NCBI GenBank assembly: GCA_963666485.2
Contig: CAXXUO010000001.1
Location: 1,312,001 to 1,376,000, forward strand
DNA: 64,000 nucleotides
Direction: 5' to 3'
Source: Syntrophorhabdaceae bacterium
GTDB lineage: Bacteria; Desulfobacterota; Syntrophorhabdia; Syntrophorhabdales; Syntrophorhabdaceae
The notes beneath the pieces are model-generated. The model was not told where the DNA came from. It searched no databases and saw nothing but the letters and a program-made list of their open reading frames with translations. A program made the position numbers and the translations under genes. Below, in pieces: positions 28,539-38,454 of this stretch; the first letter of the stretch is position 1; each line of letters begins with the position of its first letter.

Positions 28539-30095
28539 ATGATCGCGGATGAAAATGAATTTTTTCGGGAACTTACATTACGGATCTGCGGGACCCTCGA
28601 CCTGGGAAAGGCGCTCTGGAATTGTTTCCTGTATGTCAGTTCCATCATGCCGGCGGACGACCTGGAGCTCATTACGTATGACCCGGCCCTGGGGACGATA
28701 GACGTTGTCACGACGGCGAACGCCTCGGGCGGCATTACAAGGATGGACAAGACCCACCTTCCCCCGGAGCTCAGGCAGGAGATAGAGGAGGCGTACCGCC
28801 ATCCCCGTGTCCGGGTAGCAGATAATGTGTTCAACGACCCGATCCTGGGCAGGATTGCGAAAAATGTCGGGTGGGAGCCGTGCTCGATGATGCTCGGCAG
28901 GCTCATTATCGACGGGAAGTACATCGGGGCGCTGGGTGTGAGATCGGCCGGGACCGGCCGCTATTCGGAAGACCATGTGCGGCTGTGGTCGCTCGTCAAC
29001 GAACCTGCCGCGATCGCGCTTGCCAACAGCCGGCGGCTTCGCGAGGTGATCGACCTTAAGGATATGCTCGCGGATGATAACCGCTACCTGCGCGACGAGC
29101 TGCGCAAGAACACCGTCGAGATCGTCGGTGCGGACTTCGGCCTGAAGGATGTCATGGAAGACGTTCGCAAGGTCGCACCCCTGTCGAGCCCGGTCCTTCT
29201 CGTCGGCGAAACGGGAACGGGAAAAGAGGTCATCGCGAACGCGATCCACAACCTCTCGCCCCGGTATAACGCTCCCTTCGTCAAGGTCAACTGCGGTGCG
29301 ATACCGGAGTCCCTGATCGACAGCGAACTCTTCGGCCACGAAAAAGGGGCTTTCACCGGTGCCCTGGCACGTAAAAGGGGACGCTTCGAGCGGGCCCATG
29401 GCGGAACGATATTCCTCGACGAGATAAGCGAGCTGCCGCCGCATGCCCAGGTAAGGCTCCTGCGTGTCCTGCAGGAAAAGGAGATCGAGCGGGTGGGCGG
29501 GACCGAACCCGTCAAGGTTGATATCAGGATAATCTCCGCCACGAACAGGAACCTCGAAAGGATGGTCGAGCAGGGAGATTTCCGGGGAGACCTCTATTTC
29601 CGCATCAAGGTTTTCCCCATCGAGGTGCCTCCCTTGCGGACACGCAAAAATGACATTCCCGCACTCGTCCAGCACTTCATCCGGAAAAAGAGCCGTGAGA
29701 TGGTCCGCCACACCGTTCCCGTCCTTGGCCCCGGGGCTATAGACGCACTCATGACGTACGACTGGCCGGGCAATGTCAGGGAGGTCGAGAATGCCGTGGA
29801 GCGGGCGCTCATACTGTCGGATGGAAAACCGTTGAAGTTCGACGGCATCCTGGGGGTTTCAAAATCGGCACGGGGCAGTTCCGTCCCGGTTTCGGGAGGT
29901 GACCAGCCGGTGGGGGCTCTCAGGGATATCGAAGCGGACCATATTCGCCGTGTCCTCGAGACGGCCGGGGGGAAAATAGAGGGACCGGGCGGGGCCGCCG
30001 AGGTCCTCGGCATGAACCCCGGGACTCTCCGTCACCGTATGAGGAAGCTGGGAATACCGTTCGGGAGGAAGGCGCGGGGCCGGGGCAACAATTAA
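28539..30095 (+). CDS. Sigma54-dependent transcriptional activator (GAF-like, AAA+, HTH)
   Basis: GETGTGKE, ELFGHEKGAFTGA, FLDEI, WPGNVRE, C-terminal HTH. Confidence 0.93.
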   Translation: MIADENEFFRELTLRICGTLDLGKALWNCFLYVSSIMPADDLELITYDPALGTIDVVTTANASGGITRMDKTHLPPELRQEIEEAYRHPRVRVADNVFNDPILGRIAKNVGWEPCSMMLGRLIIDGKYIGALGVRSAGTGRYSEDHVRLWSLVNEPAAIALANSRRLREVIDLKDMLADDNRYLRDELRKNTVEIVGADFGLKDVMEDVRKVAPLSSPVLLVGETGTGKEVIANAIHNLSPRYNAPFVKVNCGAIPESLIDSELFGHEKGAFTGALARKRGRFERAHGGTIFLDEISELPPHAQVRLLRVLQEKEIERVGGTEPVKVDIRIISATNRNLERMVEQGDFRGDLYFRIKVFPIEVPPLRTRKNDIPALVQHFIRKKSREMVRHTVPVLGPGAIDALMTYDWPGNVREVENAVERALILSDGKPLKFDGILGVSKSARGSSVPVSGGDQPVGALRDIEADHIRRVLETAGGKIEGPGGAAEVLGMNPGTLRHRMRKLGIPFGRKARGRGNN

Positions 30096-30129
30096 TTAGG
30101 ATATAATAGCAATTTTCTTCACTGTCCTT

Positions 30130-30158
30130 TTGACTTCGTTTTAAAAATTTATTATACT
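30130..30158 (+). promoter_or_regulatory. Sigma70-type promoter of the second hydrogenase cluster
   Basis: TTGACT-17 nt-TATACT. Confidence 0.65.
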
Positions 30159-30288
30159 GAACGCACGAAACTTAGCTGAAATTTCATTTTCGGCCTTTGA
30201 CCTGTTTGTCAATGGTTGTAATCAGTTTGGGATCTTCCCGGGATGGGATCGCAATACAACCATATAGTGACTAATGTGAGGTTCTTTC

Positions 30289-30639
30289 ATGACGTTGAAA
30301 GAAGTCCAAAAACTTCTTGAAGCAGACATACTGTGCGGAGACGACGAGTGTCTCCAGCGCGATGTCAGAATTTGTTTTGCGTGTGACCTCATCAGTGAAA
30401 TGCTCCTGTACCTCAAACCTCACTCTCTTCTGATCACATCCCTGACAAATGCCCATGTGATACACACGGCGCAGGTAATGGATGCGAAGTCTATCCTCTT
30501 CGTCGGCGGGCGAAAGCCCGATGCTTCCGTTATCACAAGCGGGGAACAGAACAAGATACCACTGCTCGTGACGCCGCTTCTCACGTTCGATTGCTGCGGC
30601 AGGCTTTACGAGAACGGGGTACGGGGGGACACGTATTAG
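30289..30639 (+). CDS. DRTGG-domain protein
   Basis: FACDLISEML, LLITSLTN, ILFVGGRKP; hydrogenase-cluster context. Confidence 0.78.
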   Translation: MTLKEVQKLLEADILCGDDECLQRDVRICFACDLISEMLLYLKPHSLLITSLTNAHVIHTAQVMDAKSILFVGGRKPDASVITSGEQNKIPLLVTPLLTFDCCGRLYENGVRGDTY

Positions 30640-30658
30640 CCGGCTGGGAACCTGACCT

Positions 30659-31123
30659 ATGGTTGATAGTTTAACGTATACACCAAAGATCACGGTTGAA
30701 TATGAGATTGGTGAAAAGGATTTCTTTGTTGCCGGAGAATGTGCATCCCGCGTCAAGAAAACGCTTCAGCAGCTCGGGCTCAAACAGGAAGTTATCAAGC
30801 GGATCGCCATCATCATATACGAGGCGGCAATGAATGTCGCCATTCATGCCACCTCCGGGAGGTTGATCGTCCATGTGGACCCCGAAGGCATCACGATATT
30901 GACGCAGGATATCGGGGCAGGGATCGAGGATATCGATCTGGCGATGAAGGAAGGCTATTCCACGGCGACCTACGAGATCCGGGAAATGGGTTTCGGGGCC
31001 GGCATGGGGCTGTCGAACATAAAGCAATGCTCGGACGACCTGTATATAGAATCGAAGGTAGGCGTCGGCACAAACCTCGAGGCAAAGGTCTTTTTCACGA
31101 AAAAGGCTGTTGAGGATATATGA
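30659..31123 (+). CDS. RsbT/RsbW-like Ser/Thr kinase (anti-sigma regulatory factor)
   Basis: YEAAMNVAIHA, DIGAGIEDI, EGYST, GFGAGMGL. Confidence 0.87.
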   Translation: MVDSLTYTPKITVEYEIGEKDFFVAGECASRVKKTLQQLGLKQEVIKRIAIIIYEAAMNVAIHATSGRLIVHVDPEGITILTQDIGAGIEDIDLAMKEGYSTATYEIREMGFGAGMGLSNIKQCSDDLYIESKVGVGTNLEAKVFFTKKAVEDI

Positions 31124-32469
31124 CACAGTATTTTCACTCGGTCACCCTTGATACGGAAAAATGCAAGGGATGCACGAACTGCATCAAGCGCTGTCCCGTA
31201 GAGGCGATCAGGGTCCGTGACGGCAAGGCGATGATCGTGCAGGAGCGCTGCATCGATTGCGGCGAATGCATCCGCGAATGTCCCAACCACGCAAAAGTGG
31301 CCGTAACGGATACGCTCGACAAGCTGTCGGATTACTATTACAACATAGCGCTCCCGGCGCCATCCTTCTTTGGCCAGTTTAAGGAACAGGTCAACATCGA
31401 GGATGTTCTCGCCGCATTTGCCGGAATAGGGTTCGACGAGGTGTTCGAGGTCGCCCTGGCCGCGGAGATCGTGGGCCATGCGGTCCATGAGTACCTCGCA
31501 CAGTACAAGGGGAAAAGGCCGATATTCTCTTCGGCGTGCCCGGCGGTGCTGCGGCTCATGCAGATAAAATACCCCGAACTCCTCGAGCAGGTCGCACCGT
31601 TCCTGACGCCCATGGAAGTGGCGGCACGGCTCGCGAAAGAAGATGCCGCGCGCAGGATCGGCGTCCCGTACGAGGAGATAGGCGCGTTCTTCATATCGCC
31701 CTGCCCCGCGAAGGTGACCGAGATGAGAAATCCCATGACGACGAAAAACTCGGCCGTCAATGGCGTCATAGGGGTCAACCTTATATATAAGGATATTATT
31801 AAGCACCTGGGCGACAGGAACCAGACCGGGGCCGTTGAGAACCTCCAGCGCGCCACCCGGCTCGGCATGGCATGGGGCTATGTCACCGGGGAATCGCACA
31901 ATATAGCGGCCGGGTCGACGCTTGCGGTCAGCGGCATCCACAATGTCATCAGCCTTCTCGAGGAGATCGAAAGGGGCGAATTGAAAGATGTCGATTTCGT
32001 CGAACTTCAGGCGTGCACCGGCGGATGCGTCGGCGGCCCCTTGAACATTCAGAACCTGTTCGTGGGACGGATACGGCTTCGGGACCTCATAAAGCGGTTT
32101 GGCTCACGGGGAAGCCACTTCAGCGAGGAAGAGCTTTCCGCCATGAACAGGGACAACCGCTTCACCGCAACGGAACCCATCGAGCCGAGGGCGATCATGA
32201 CCCTTGACGAGGATGTCTCCCGCGCGCTTATGAAGATGGAGCGGCTCGACCAGATAACGAACGAACTCCCGGGGCTCGATTGCGGTGCCTGCGGGTCTCC
32301 GAGCTGCCGCGCGCTCGCCGAGGATATCATCCGGGGTATCGCCTACGAGTCGGACTGCGTGATCAAGCTCCGTGAAAAGGTGAAGACCCTCGCGGAGGAG
32401 ATCCTTGACCTTGCGCGCATCATCCCGCCGTCGATGAGCGACGGGTCAAAAAAGAACGGGCCGGGTTAA
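31120..32469 (+). CDS. Sensory-type [FeFe]-hydrogenase-like Fe-S protein with C-terminal FeS domain
   Basis: 2x[4Fe-4S]; SSACPA, SPCPAKVTE, ELQACTGGCVGG; LPGLDCGACGSPSC. Confidence 0.83.
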   Translation: MTQYFHSVTLDTEKCKGCTNCIKRCPVEAIRVRDGKAMIVQERCIDCGECIRECPNHAKVAVTDTLDKLSDYYYNIALPAPSFFGQFKEQVNIEDVLAAFAGIGFDEVFEVALAAEIVGHAVHEYLAQYKGKRPIFSSACPAVLRLMQIKYPELLEQVAPFLTPMEVAARLAKEDAARRIGVPYEEIGAFFISPCPAKVTEMRNPMTTKNSAVNGVIGVNLIYKDIIKHLGDRNQTGAVENLQRATRLGMAWGYVTGESHNIAAGSTLAVSGIHNVISLLEEIERGELKDVDFVELQACTGGCVGGPLNIQNLFVGRIRLRDLIKRFGSRGSHFSEEELSAMNRDNRFTATEPIEPRAIMTLDEDVSRALMKMERLDQITNELPGLDCGACGSPSCRALAEDIIRGIAYESDCVIKLREKVKTLAEEILDLARIIPPSMSDGSKKNGPG

Positions 32470-32538
32470 GGCCGGCCAAACGCGGCAAAATGCAATTTGG
32501 GGGCATACGATGCCGGAATGGAAAGGGGGGAGGAGAAG

Positions 32539-32889
32539 ATGACCGTTAACGAACTCGCCGGGACCTTGGGTCTCGAGATACTTACGGGAACTATCAATCT
32601 CGACAGGCAGGTAGGTTCAGGGTACACGTCAGATCTGCTCTCCGATGTCATAGCAAATATCGGCGACGACGCGGTGTGGATCACCATACAGCGTCACGTG
32701 AATATTCTCGGCGTTGCCAAGCTCAAAGACGTCTCGGCAATAGTAATACCGCGAGGCCTGGGGCTTGACGACGCGTTCCTGATCAAGGCGAAAGAGGAAG
32801 GGATAGCCGTGCTGAGGGGTGCACAATCAGCATTCGAGCTGTCCGCAATGATATACAATGAGATGAAGAGAGGCCAGGGGGTTGCCTGA
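32539..32889 (+). CDS. DRTGG-domain protein
   Basis: GYTSDLLSDV, VWITIQRHVNI; AGGAG RBS before 32539. Confidence 0.78.
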   Translation: MTVNELAGTLGLEILTGTINLDRQVGSGYTSDLLSDVIANIGDDAVWITIQRHVNILGVAKLKDVSAIVIPRGLGLDDAFLIKAKEEGIAVLRGAQSAFELSAMIYNEMKRGQGVA

Positions 32890-33625
32890 TTTTGCCTGCG
32901 ACCTGCACATACATTCGATCCTGTCGCCGTGCGGAAGTCTTGACATGTCGCCCAGGGTCATCGTGCAGAAGGCGCGGGAAGCGAGGCTCGATATTATAGC
33001 GGTAACCGATCATAACATGACCGAGAACGCCCCGTACGTGAAAGAACTGGGCGAGCGCAGCGGGCTCATCGTCCTGAGCGGCATGGAATTGCAGACACGG
33101 GAGGAGATCCATCTCCTTGCCGTTTTTGACGAGTATGACCGTGCCCGCGAATTGCAGTCGATGGTCTATGACCTTCTGCCGGATGTCCCGAACGACACGG
33201 AATTCTGGGGAGATCAGGCCGTGGTCGACACGGAGGATAACATTGTCCGGATGGAGGAAAGGCTGCTCATAAACTCGGCAGACATATCTGTCGAGGATGC
33301 CGCGTCCTGGATCAAGGCCCATGGCGGGATCGCCATCGCGTCCCATATCGACAGCGCGACATTCAGCATAATAAGCCAGCTGGGTTTCATCCCGGAGCAT
33401 ATAGAGCTCGATGCCCTGGAGGTCCGCAACATCGACGGGGCAGGAGAGTTGGCTCCCTTTATAATGAAGAAGGGCATACCGTTCGTGACGTTCTCGGATG
33501 CCCATTACCCGGACGATATCGGGCGGCGAAGGACGAATCTGACGATGGACGCACCCGGCTGCAGGGGCATAGAAAAGGCCCTGAAAACGTTAGGAGAGAA
33601 GGCGCTGGCCGCGGGACAGGGTTGA
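32882..33625 (+). CDS. PHP-domain phosphoesterase
   Basis: DLHIHS.LSPC, AVTDHN, GME...EEIHLL, SDAH. Confidence 0.88.
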   Translation: MPDFACDLHIHSILSPCGSLDMSPRVIVQKAREARLDIIAVTDHNMTENAPYVKELGERSGLIVLSGMELQTREEIHLLAVFDEYDRARELQSMVYDLLPDVPNDTEFWGDQAVVDTEDNIVRMEERLLINSADISVEDAASWIKAHGGIAIASHIDSATFSIISQLGFIPEHIELDALEVRNIDGAGELAPFIMKKGIPFVTFSDAHYPDDIGRRRTNLTMDAPGCRGIEKALKTLGEKALAAGQG

Positions 33626-33650
33626 AACGGATTGATGGGAACGAACGATC

Positions 33651-34181
33651 ATGATGGAAGATCTTTCGCTGCACATAATGGATATAGTGACGAACTCGGT
33701 ACGGGCCGGGGCAAAAAATATCCTGATAGCTATAGAAAAGGATGATACGACGTCGATGATGAGGCTTGAAGTTTCCGATGACGGTCACGGCATGGATGCC
33801 GAAACGGCCATGAAGGTCCAGGACCCGTTCTTCTCCACGAAAGAGGGGAGGAAGGTCGGGCTCGGGATACCCCTCCTGAAGGGGACGGCCGAGACGACCG
33901 GCGGATCATTTTCCTTAACGAGCGAGGTCGGGGTCGGCACGTGTATCAGGGTAACCTTCGATGCGCTGCACCCGGACCTGCCGCCGCTCGGGAATATCAG
34001 GGACACCTTTTTTGTGCTTATTGTGAGCCATCCGGAGATCGACTTTAACCTGCGCTATGCAGTTGACGGAAAAGACTTCGTTCTCAACACCGTCGAGTGG
34101 CGCAAGGAGCTTGACGGAATTCCGCTCAATCATCCGGAAGTCATTGGATTCTTGAGCAATTATCTTGACGAACATCTGTGA
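33651..34181 (+). CDS. Stand-alone histidine-kinase-like ATPase (HATPase_c)
   Basis: DIVTNS.RAGA, DDGHGMD, DPFFSTK, GLGIP; no HisKA domain. Confidence 0.85.
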   Translation: MMEDLSLHIMDIVTNSVRAGAKNILIAIEKDDTTSMMRLEVSDDGHGMDAETAMKVQDPFFSTKEGRKVGLGIPLLKGTAETTGGSFSLTSEVGVGTCIRVTFDALHPDLPPLGNIRDTFFVLIVSHPEIDFNLRYAVDGKDFVLNTVEWRKELDGIPLNHPEVIGFLSNYLDEHL

Positions 34182-34218
34182 TTTTATATAGATTGTTAAC
34201 ACAAAAGGAGGCGATGAG

Positions 34219-34569
34219 ATGAATCTTGAAGAGCTGAAAAAAATAAGGGAAAAAGCGCAGAAAGATGTCGAACTGAGGCAGAAACAGGCCAGGATCCGTA
34301 TCGTTGTCGGAATGGGCACGAGCGGGATCGCGGCCGGCGCACGGGACGTCCTCAAGACGTTCGTCGAAGAAGTGGGGAAGAGGAACCTGACGGATGTTAT
34401 TGTCACGCAGACAGGCGAAAAGGGCCTGGCTTCACAGGAACCGATGGTAGAAGTTTTCGAAGAAAATAAGCCTGCCGTTGTCTATGGCAATATGGATCCG
34501 GAAAAAGCGAAAAGGGTTGTTGTGGAGCACGTTGTCAACGGGCAGCCCGTTTCAGAGTTTGCCATCTAA
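34219..34569 (+). CDS. HydD/HndB-like thioredoxin-fold subunit with no cysteines
   Basis: VGMGTSGIAAGA and QTGEKGLASQEP align to VGM.TCGIAAGA and QTGC.G.C..EP. Confidence 0.8.
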   Translation: MNLEELKKIREKAQKDVELRQKQARIRIVVGMGTSGIAAGARDVLKTFVEEVGKRNLTDVIVTQTGEKGLASQEPMVEVFEENKPAVVYGNMDPEKAKRVVVEHVVNGQPVSEFAI

Positions 34570-34590
34570 GCAATCAACAAGGAGGCCGGC

Positions 34591-35049
34591 TTGGACAGAG
34601 AAGCTATACTCAAGAAATTTGAACCAAACCTGAGCAACATACTCTATATCATGCACGATCTTCAGGATACGAACCCGCAGAGATACCTGGCAAAAGAGGA
34701 TATCGAAGCCTGTGCGGATTACCTGAATGTCCCCTACAGCTATGTACACAGTGTCGCAAGTTTTTACACCATGTTCAGCCTGAAACCGCGCGGGAAGAAT
34801 ATCATCCGGTTGTGTGAATCCCCGCCGTGCCATCTTATGGGGGCCAAGTCACTTCTCGATTACCTGAAAACCTCGCTCAAAGTCGATGTCGGAGGCACGA
34901 CAAAGGACGGTACATTCACGCTTGAAACAACGAGCTGTCTTGGTGCGTGCGGCGTCGCTCCGGCCATGATGCTAAATGAAGAGATGTTCGGCAATCTCAC
35001 ACCAGAGAAGGTCGATACCATCCTTGACCAGAGGAGAAAAGAGATATGA
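34591..35049 (+). CDS. hydC: HydC/NuoE-like [2Fe-2S] subunit
   Basis: LCESPPCH, SCLGACG; TTG start after AAGGAGG. Confidence 0.9.
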   Translation: MDREAILKKFEPNLSNILYIMHDLQDTNPQRYLAKEDIEACADYLNVPYSYVHSVASFYTMFSLKPRGKNIIRLCESPPCHLMGAKSLLDYLKTSLKVDVGGTTKDGTFTLETTSCLGACGVAPAMMLNEEMFGNLTPEKVDTILDQRRKEI

Positions 35050-36632
35050 ACCTCGTAAGAAACCACGTACTGATCAGCATTGATGCAGGGACGGTCATGG
35101 CGGGAGCCAGGGCTGTCGAGAAAGCACTGGTCGACGAGATCGGCAAGCAGGGTCTTTCGGGTGAGATAGCCGTACTGGAAACGGGCAGCATAGGTGCCAC
35201 GGGGCAGGGCGTTGTCATCGTCGTGTACCCGGAAGGGCTGTATTATGCCAACGTCACTCCCGAAGACGCGCATGAGATCGTCGAGGAGCATCTCCTGAAA
35301 GGACGCCCCGTCAAGCGGCTCATGATGACGGAGATGCCGAAGCAGCAGGTCATCCGCAAGGAAAAAACGGGCCTTTTGAAAGAACAGCCCCGGATCGTGC
35401 TCAAGAACAGCGGCGTGATCAACCCTGAAAATATCGACGAATATATAGCCGCCGGCGGGTACGAGGCCATTGAAAAGGCGTTTACCGAGCTCAAACCGGC
35501 GGGTGTCATAAAAGAGATCAAAGACTCGGGGCTCATGGGCCGCGGCGGCGCAGCATTCACGACCGGCATGAAATGGGACTTTGCAAGCAAGGCGCCCGGC
35601 CAGCCGAAATACATCATCTGCAACGCCGACGAAGGCGAGCCGGGGACGTTCAAGGACAGGCTGATCCTTGAAGGTGACCCGCACAAGCTGATCGAGGGCA
35701 TGATGCTCGCGGCATACGCGTTCGGCGGCTCGAAAGGCTTTATCTATATCCGCGGCGAGTACGCCCTTTCGATCGAGCGCCTTGAAAAGGCCATCCAGCA
35801 GGCACGGGACTACGGCATCCTCGGCGACAACATCCTCGAGAGCGGGTTCAATTTCGACCTTGCCGTGATGAAGGGCGCCGGCGCCTATGTGTGCGGCGAG
35901 GAGACCGCCCTCATCGAATCACTCGAGGGCAAGAGGGGCCATCCCCGCAACAAGCCGCCTTACCCGGTAACGGAAGGCCTCTGGGGGAAACCGACCGTCG
36001 TCAACAACGTGGAGACGCTGGCAAACGTCCCGGAGATCATCCGCAACGGCGCGGAGTGGTACCGGGGATACGGGACAGACAAGTGTCCCGGCACGAAGGT
36101 CTACACGATCATCGGGAACGTCGCGACACCGGGCCTTATCGAGGCCGAAATGGGCACGACGCTCCGCGACATCATTTATGAATATGCGGGCGGCATAAAG
36201 GCCGGCAAGCAGTTCAAGGGAGCGCTGTGCGGCGGGGCGGCGGGTGCCTTCTTAGGGCCCGAGATGCTCGACGCCCAGATGGATTTCGTCAATCTCAGGG
36301 AATACGCAGCGGTCCTTGGCTCGGGCGCGATCCTCGTCATGGACGAACAGACGGACATCGTCGATATGCTGCAGAGCGTGCTTCATTTCTTCAAGCACGA
36401 ATCGTGCGGCCACTGCGTGCCCTGCCGTCTCGGGACGAAGCAGCTCGTCGAGATAATCGACCGGATCGCCGCCGGCAAGGGAAAGGCCGGGGATATCGAA
36501 AAGATGGTCAAGATATCGGAGGTCATGCGGGATACGTCGTTCTGCCCGCTGGGACAGTCCCTGAACCTCCCGATCTCCAGTTCTCTGAAATATTTTAAGG
36601 ATGAAGTGTACGGCCGGATACCCCAGGCATAA
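35046..36632 (+). CDS. hydB: Short HydB/NuoF-like flavoprotein, non-bifurcating signature
   Basis: ADEGEPGTFKD, GAGAYVCGEET, GGAAG; no C-terminal ferredoxin domain; Cys-less N-terminal domain. Confidence 0.9.
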   Translation: MNLVRNHVLISIDAGTVMAGARAVEKALVDEIGKQGLSGEIAVLETGSIGATGQGVVIVVYPEGLYYANVTPEDAHEIVEEHLLKGRPVKRLMMTEMPKQQVIRKEKTGLLKEQPRIVLKNSGVINPENIDEYIAAGGYEAIEKAFTELKPAGVIKEIKDSGLMGRGGAAFTTGMKWDFASKAPGQPKYIICNADEGEPGTFKDRLILEGDPHKLIEGMMLAAYAFGGSKGFIYIRGEYALSIERLEKAIQQARDYGILGDNILESGFNFDLAVMKGAGAYVCGEETALIESLEGKRGHPRNKPPYPVTEGLWGKPTVVNNVETLANVPEIIRNGAEWYRGYGTDKCPGTKVYTIIGNVATPGLIEAEMGTTLRDIIYEYAGGIKAGKQFKGALCGGAAGAFLGPEMLDAQMDFVNLREYAAVLGSGAILVMDEQTDIVDMLQSVLHFFKHESCGHCVPCRLGTKQLVEIIDRIAAGKGKAGDIEKMVKISEVMRDTSFCPLGQSLNLPISSSLKYFKDEVYGRIPQA

Positions 36633-36650
36633 GCACATCTCAGGAGGCAG

Positions 36651-38417
36651 TTGATACCTATGATAAAAGCGACCATAAATAACGTTGAGATAGAGGTGCC
36701 GGACGGCACCAACATACTCTGGGCGGCAAAGAAAGCAGGCTTTACGATACCGACGCTGTGCAACCATCCCGACCTTCCGCCGGGAGGCCAGTGCGGTGTC
36801 TGCGTCGTCGAGATCGAGGGGCTGCCTGGCCTGAAAAGGGCCTGTATGACCCCCGTTGGCGAGGGTTTCAAGATCAAGACACATACGCCGAGACTGCAGG
36901 CGACACGCCGGCAGATCGTCGAGCTCATCCTCGCGGACCACGACACGAGCTGCCTGACATGCGTCAAGAACAACAACTGTGAATTGCAGCAGCTTGCATC
37001 GACAGTTGGCCTCAATACACTCGATTACAAGGATGCGCTGAGGGAGAAACACCCCATCGATCATTCAAGCGTGTCGATCGTACGGGACCCGAACAAGTGC
37101 ATACTCTGCGGACGGTGCCTCACGGTCTGCAGCAAGATCCAGACGGTCAATGCCCTTGCCGTCAATCACAGGGGGTCTGAGACTTTGATCTCGACCGCCT
37201 TCGACGCGGGGCTCGGCAACAGCGTCTGCATCAACTGCGGGCAGTGTGTCGTTCATTGCCCTGTCGGCGCCCTGTATGAAAGAAGCGCAACGGAAGAGGT
37301 TTGGGAAGCCCTCCACGATCCCGACAAGTTTGTTGTTGTGCAGGAAGCCCCCGCGGTCCGCGTCATGCTCGGCGAAGAGTTCGGCATGCCCGTCGGAACG
37401 CTCGTCAGCGGCAAGATGCATGCGGCTTTAAGGAGGATGGGCTTTGACGCCGTCCTCGACACGAACTTTGCAGCCGACCTGACGATCCTGGAAGAAGGGA
37501 CGGAGCTCGTCAGCAGGCTTACCTCCGGTAAGAACCTGCCGCTCATCACGTCCTGCAGTCCCGGCTGGATAAAGTTCATGGAAACGTTCTTCCACGACAT
37601 GATACCGCATATGTCGACGGCAAAATCGCCGCAGCAGATGTTCGGCGCGCTGGCCAAGACATATTATGCAAAAGAAAAGGGAATTGACCCCGCAAAAATA
37701 GTTTCCGTTTCGATCATGCCCTGTACGGCGAAAAAGTTCGAGTGCTTACGGCCCGAGATGAACGCCAGCGGGTACCGGGATGTCGACTATGTCCTCACGT
37801 CCCGTGAGATAGGCAGGATGATGCGCGAGGCGGGCATCGATATGAATGAAATGCCCGATGAACACGCCGACCCGATCCTGGGTGAATACACCGGTGCGGC
37901 CACCATCTTCGGTGCAACGGGCGGTGTTATGGAAGCTGCCGTCCGGAGCGCCTATGCTCTCGTTACCGGCAAAGAGCTCGAGAACGTCGAGATCACGCCC
38001 GTGAGGGGCCTCAAAGGGATAAAAGAGGCAGAGGTGGATATAGACGGCACGAAGGTCAAGGTTGCTGTCGCGCACAGTTGCGGCCATGCGAGGGCCCTGC
38101 TCGAGAAGGTGCAGGAGCAGTTGAAGAAAGACGGCAAGTGCGAATACCAGTTCATCGAAATGATGGCGTGCCCCGGCGGGTGTGTGGGCGGCGGCGGCCA
38201 GTCATGGGGCAGCAACATGGCGAAACGTGCACGGCGCGGCGAATCCCTCTACGCAGAGGACAGGAGCCTGCCGATGCGGCGTTCGCATGAGAACCCCGAA
38301 GTAACGGCAGTATACGAAAAGTTTCTCGAGAAACCGAATTCGGAGAAGGCCCACAAGCTTCTCCATACACATTACTTTAAACGGAGTGCTGTAGACGGCA
38401 AAATTCTGCCGGGCTAA
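36651..38417 (+). CDS. hydA: [FeFe]-hydrogenase catalytic subunit (group A)
   Basis: ITSCSPGW, MPCTAKKFE, EMMACPGGCVGG; NuoG-like N-terminus; start 36651 or 36660. Confidence 0.92.
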   Translation: MIPMIKATINNVEIEVPDGTNILWAAKKAGFTIPTLCNHPDLPPGGQCGVCVVEIEGLPGLKRACMTPVGEGFKIKTHTPRLQATRRQIVELILADHDTSCLTCVKNNNCELQQLASTVGLNTLDYKDALREKHPIDHSSVSIVRDPNKCILCGRCLTVCSKIQTVNALAVNHRGSETLISTAFDAGLGNSVCINCGQCVVHCPVGALYERSATEEVWEALHDPDKFVVVQEAPAVRVMLGEEFGMPVGTLVSGKMHAALRRMGFDAVLDTNFAADLTILEEGTELVSRLTSGKNLPLITSCSPGWIKFMETFFHDMIPHMSTAKSPQQMFGALAKTYYAKEKGIDPAKIVSVSIMPCTAKKFECLRPEMNASGYRDVDYVLTSREIGRMMREAGIDMNEMPDEHADPILGEYTGAATIFGATGGVMEAAVRSAYALVTGKELENVEITPVRGLKGIKEAEVDIDGTKVKVAVAHSCGHARALLEKVQEQLKKDGKCEYQFIEMMACPGGCVGGGGQSWGSNMAKRARRGESLYAEDRSLPMRRSHENPEVTAVYEKFLEKPNSEKAHKLLHTHYFKRSAVDGKILPG

Positions 38418-38454
38418 TCTCAAATACACAGGTCACTCTGAGGGAGGAATTACG

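Noticed and set aside
34591..36632. Respiratory complex I nuoEF
   Set aside because: No membrane nuo genes; directly followed by an H-cluster subunit.
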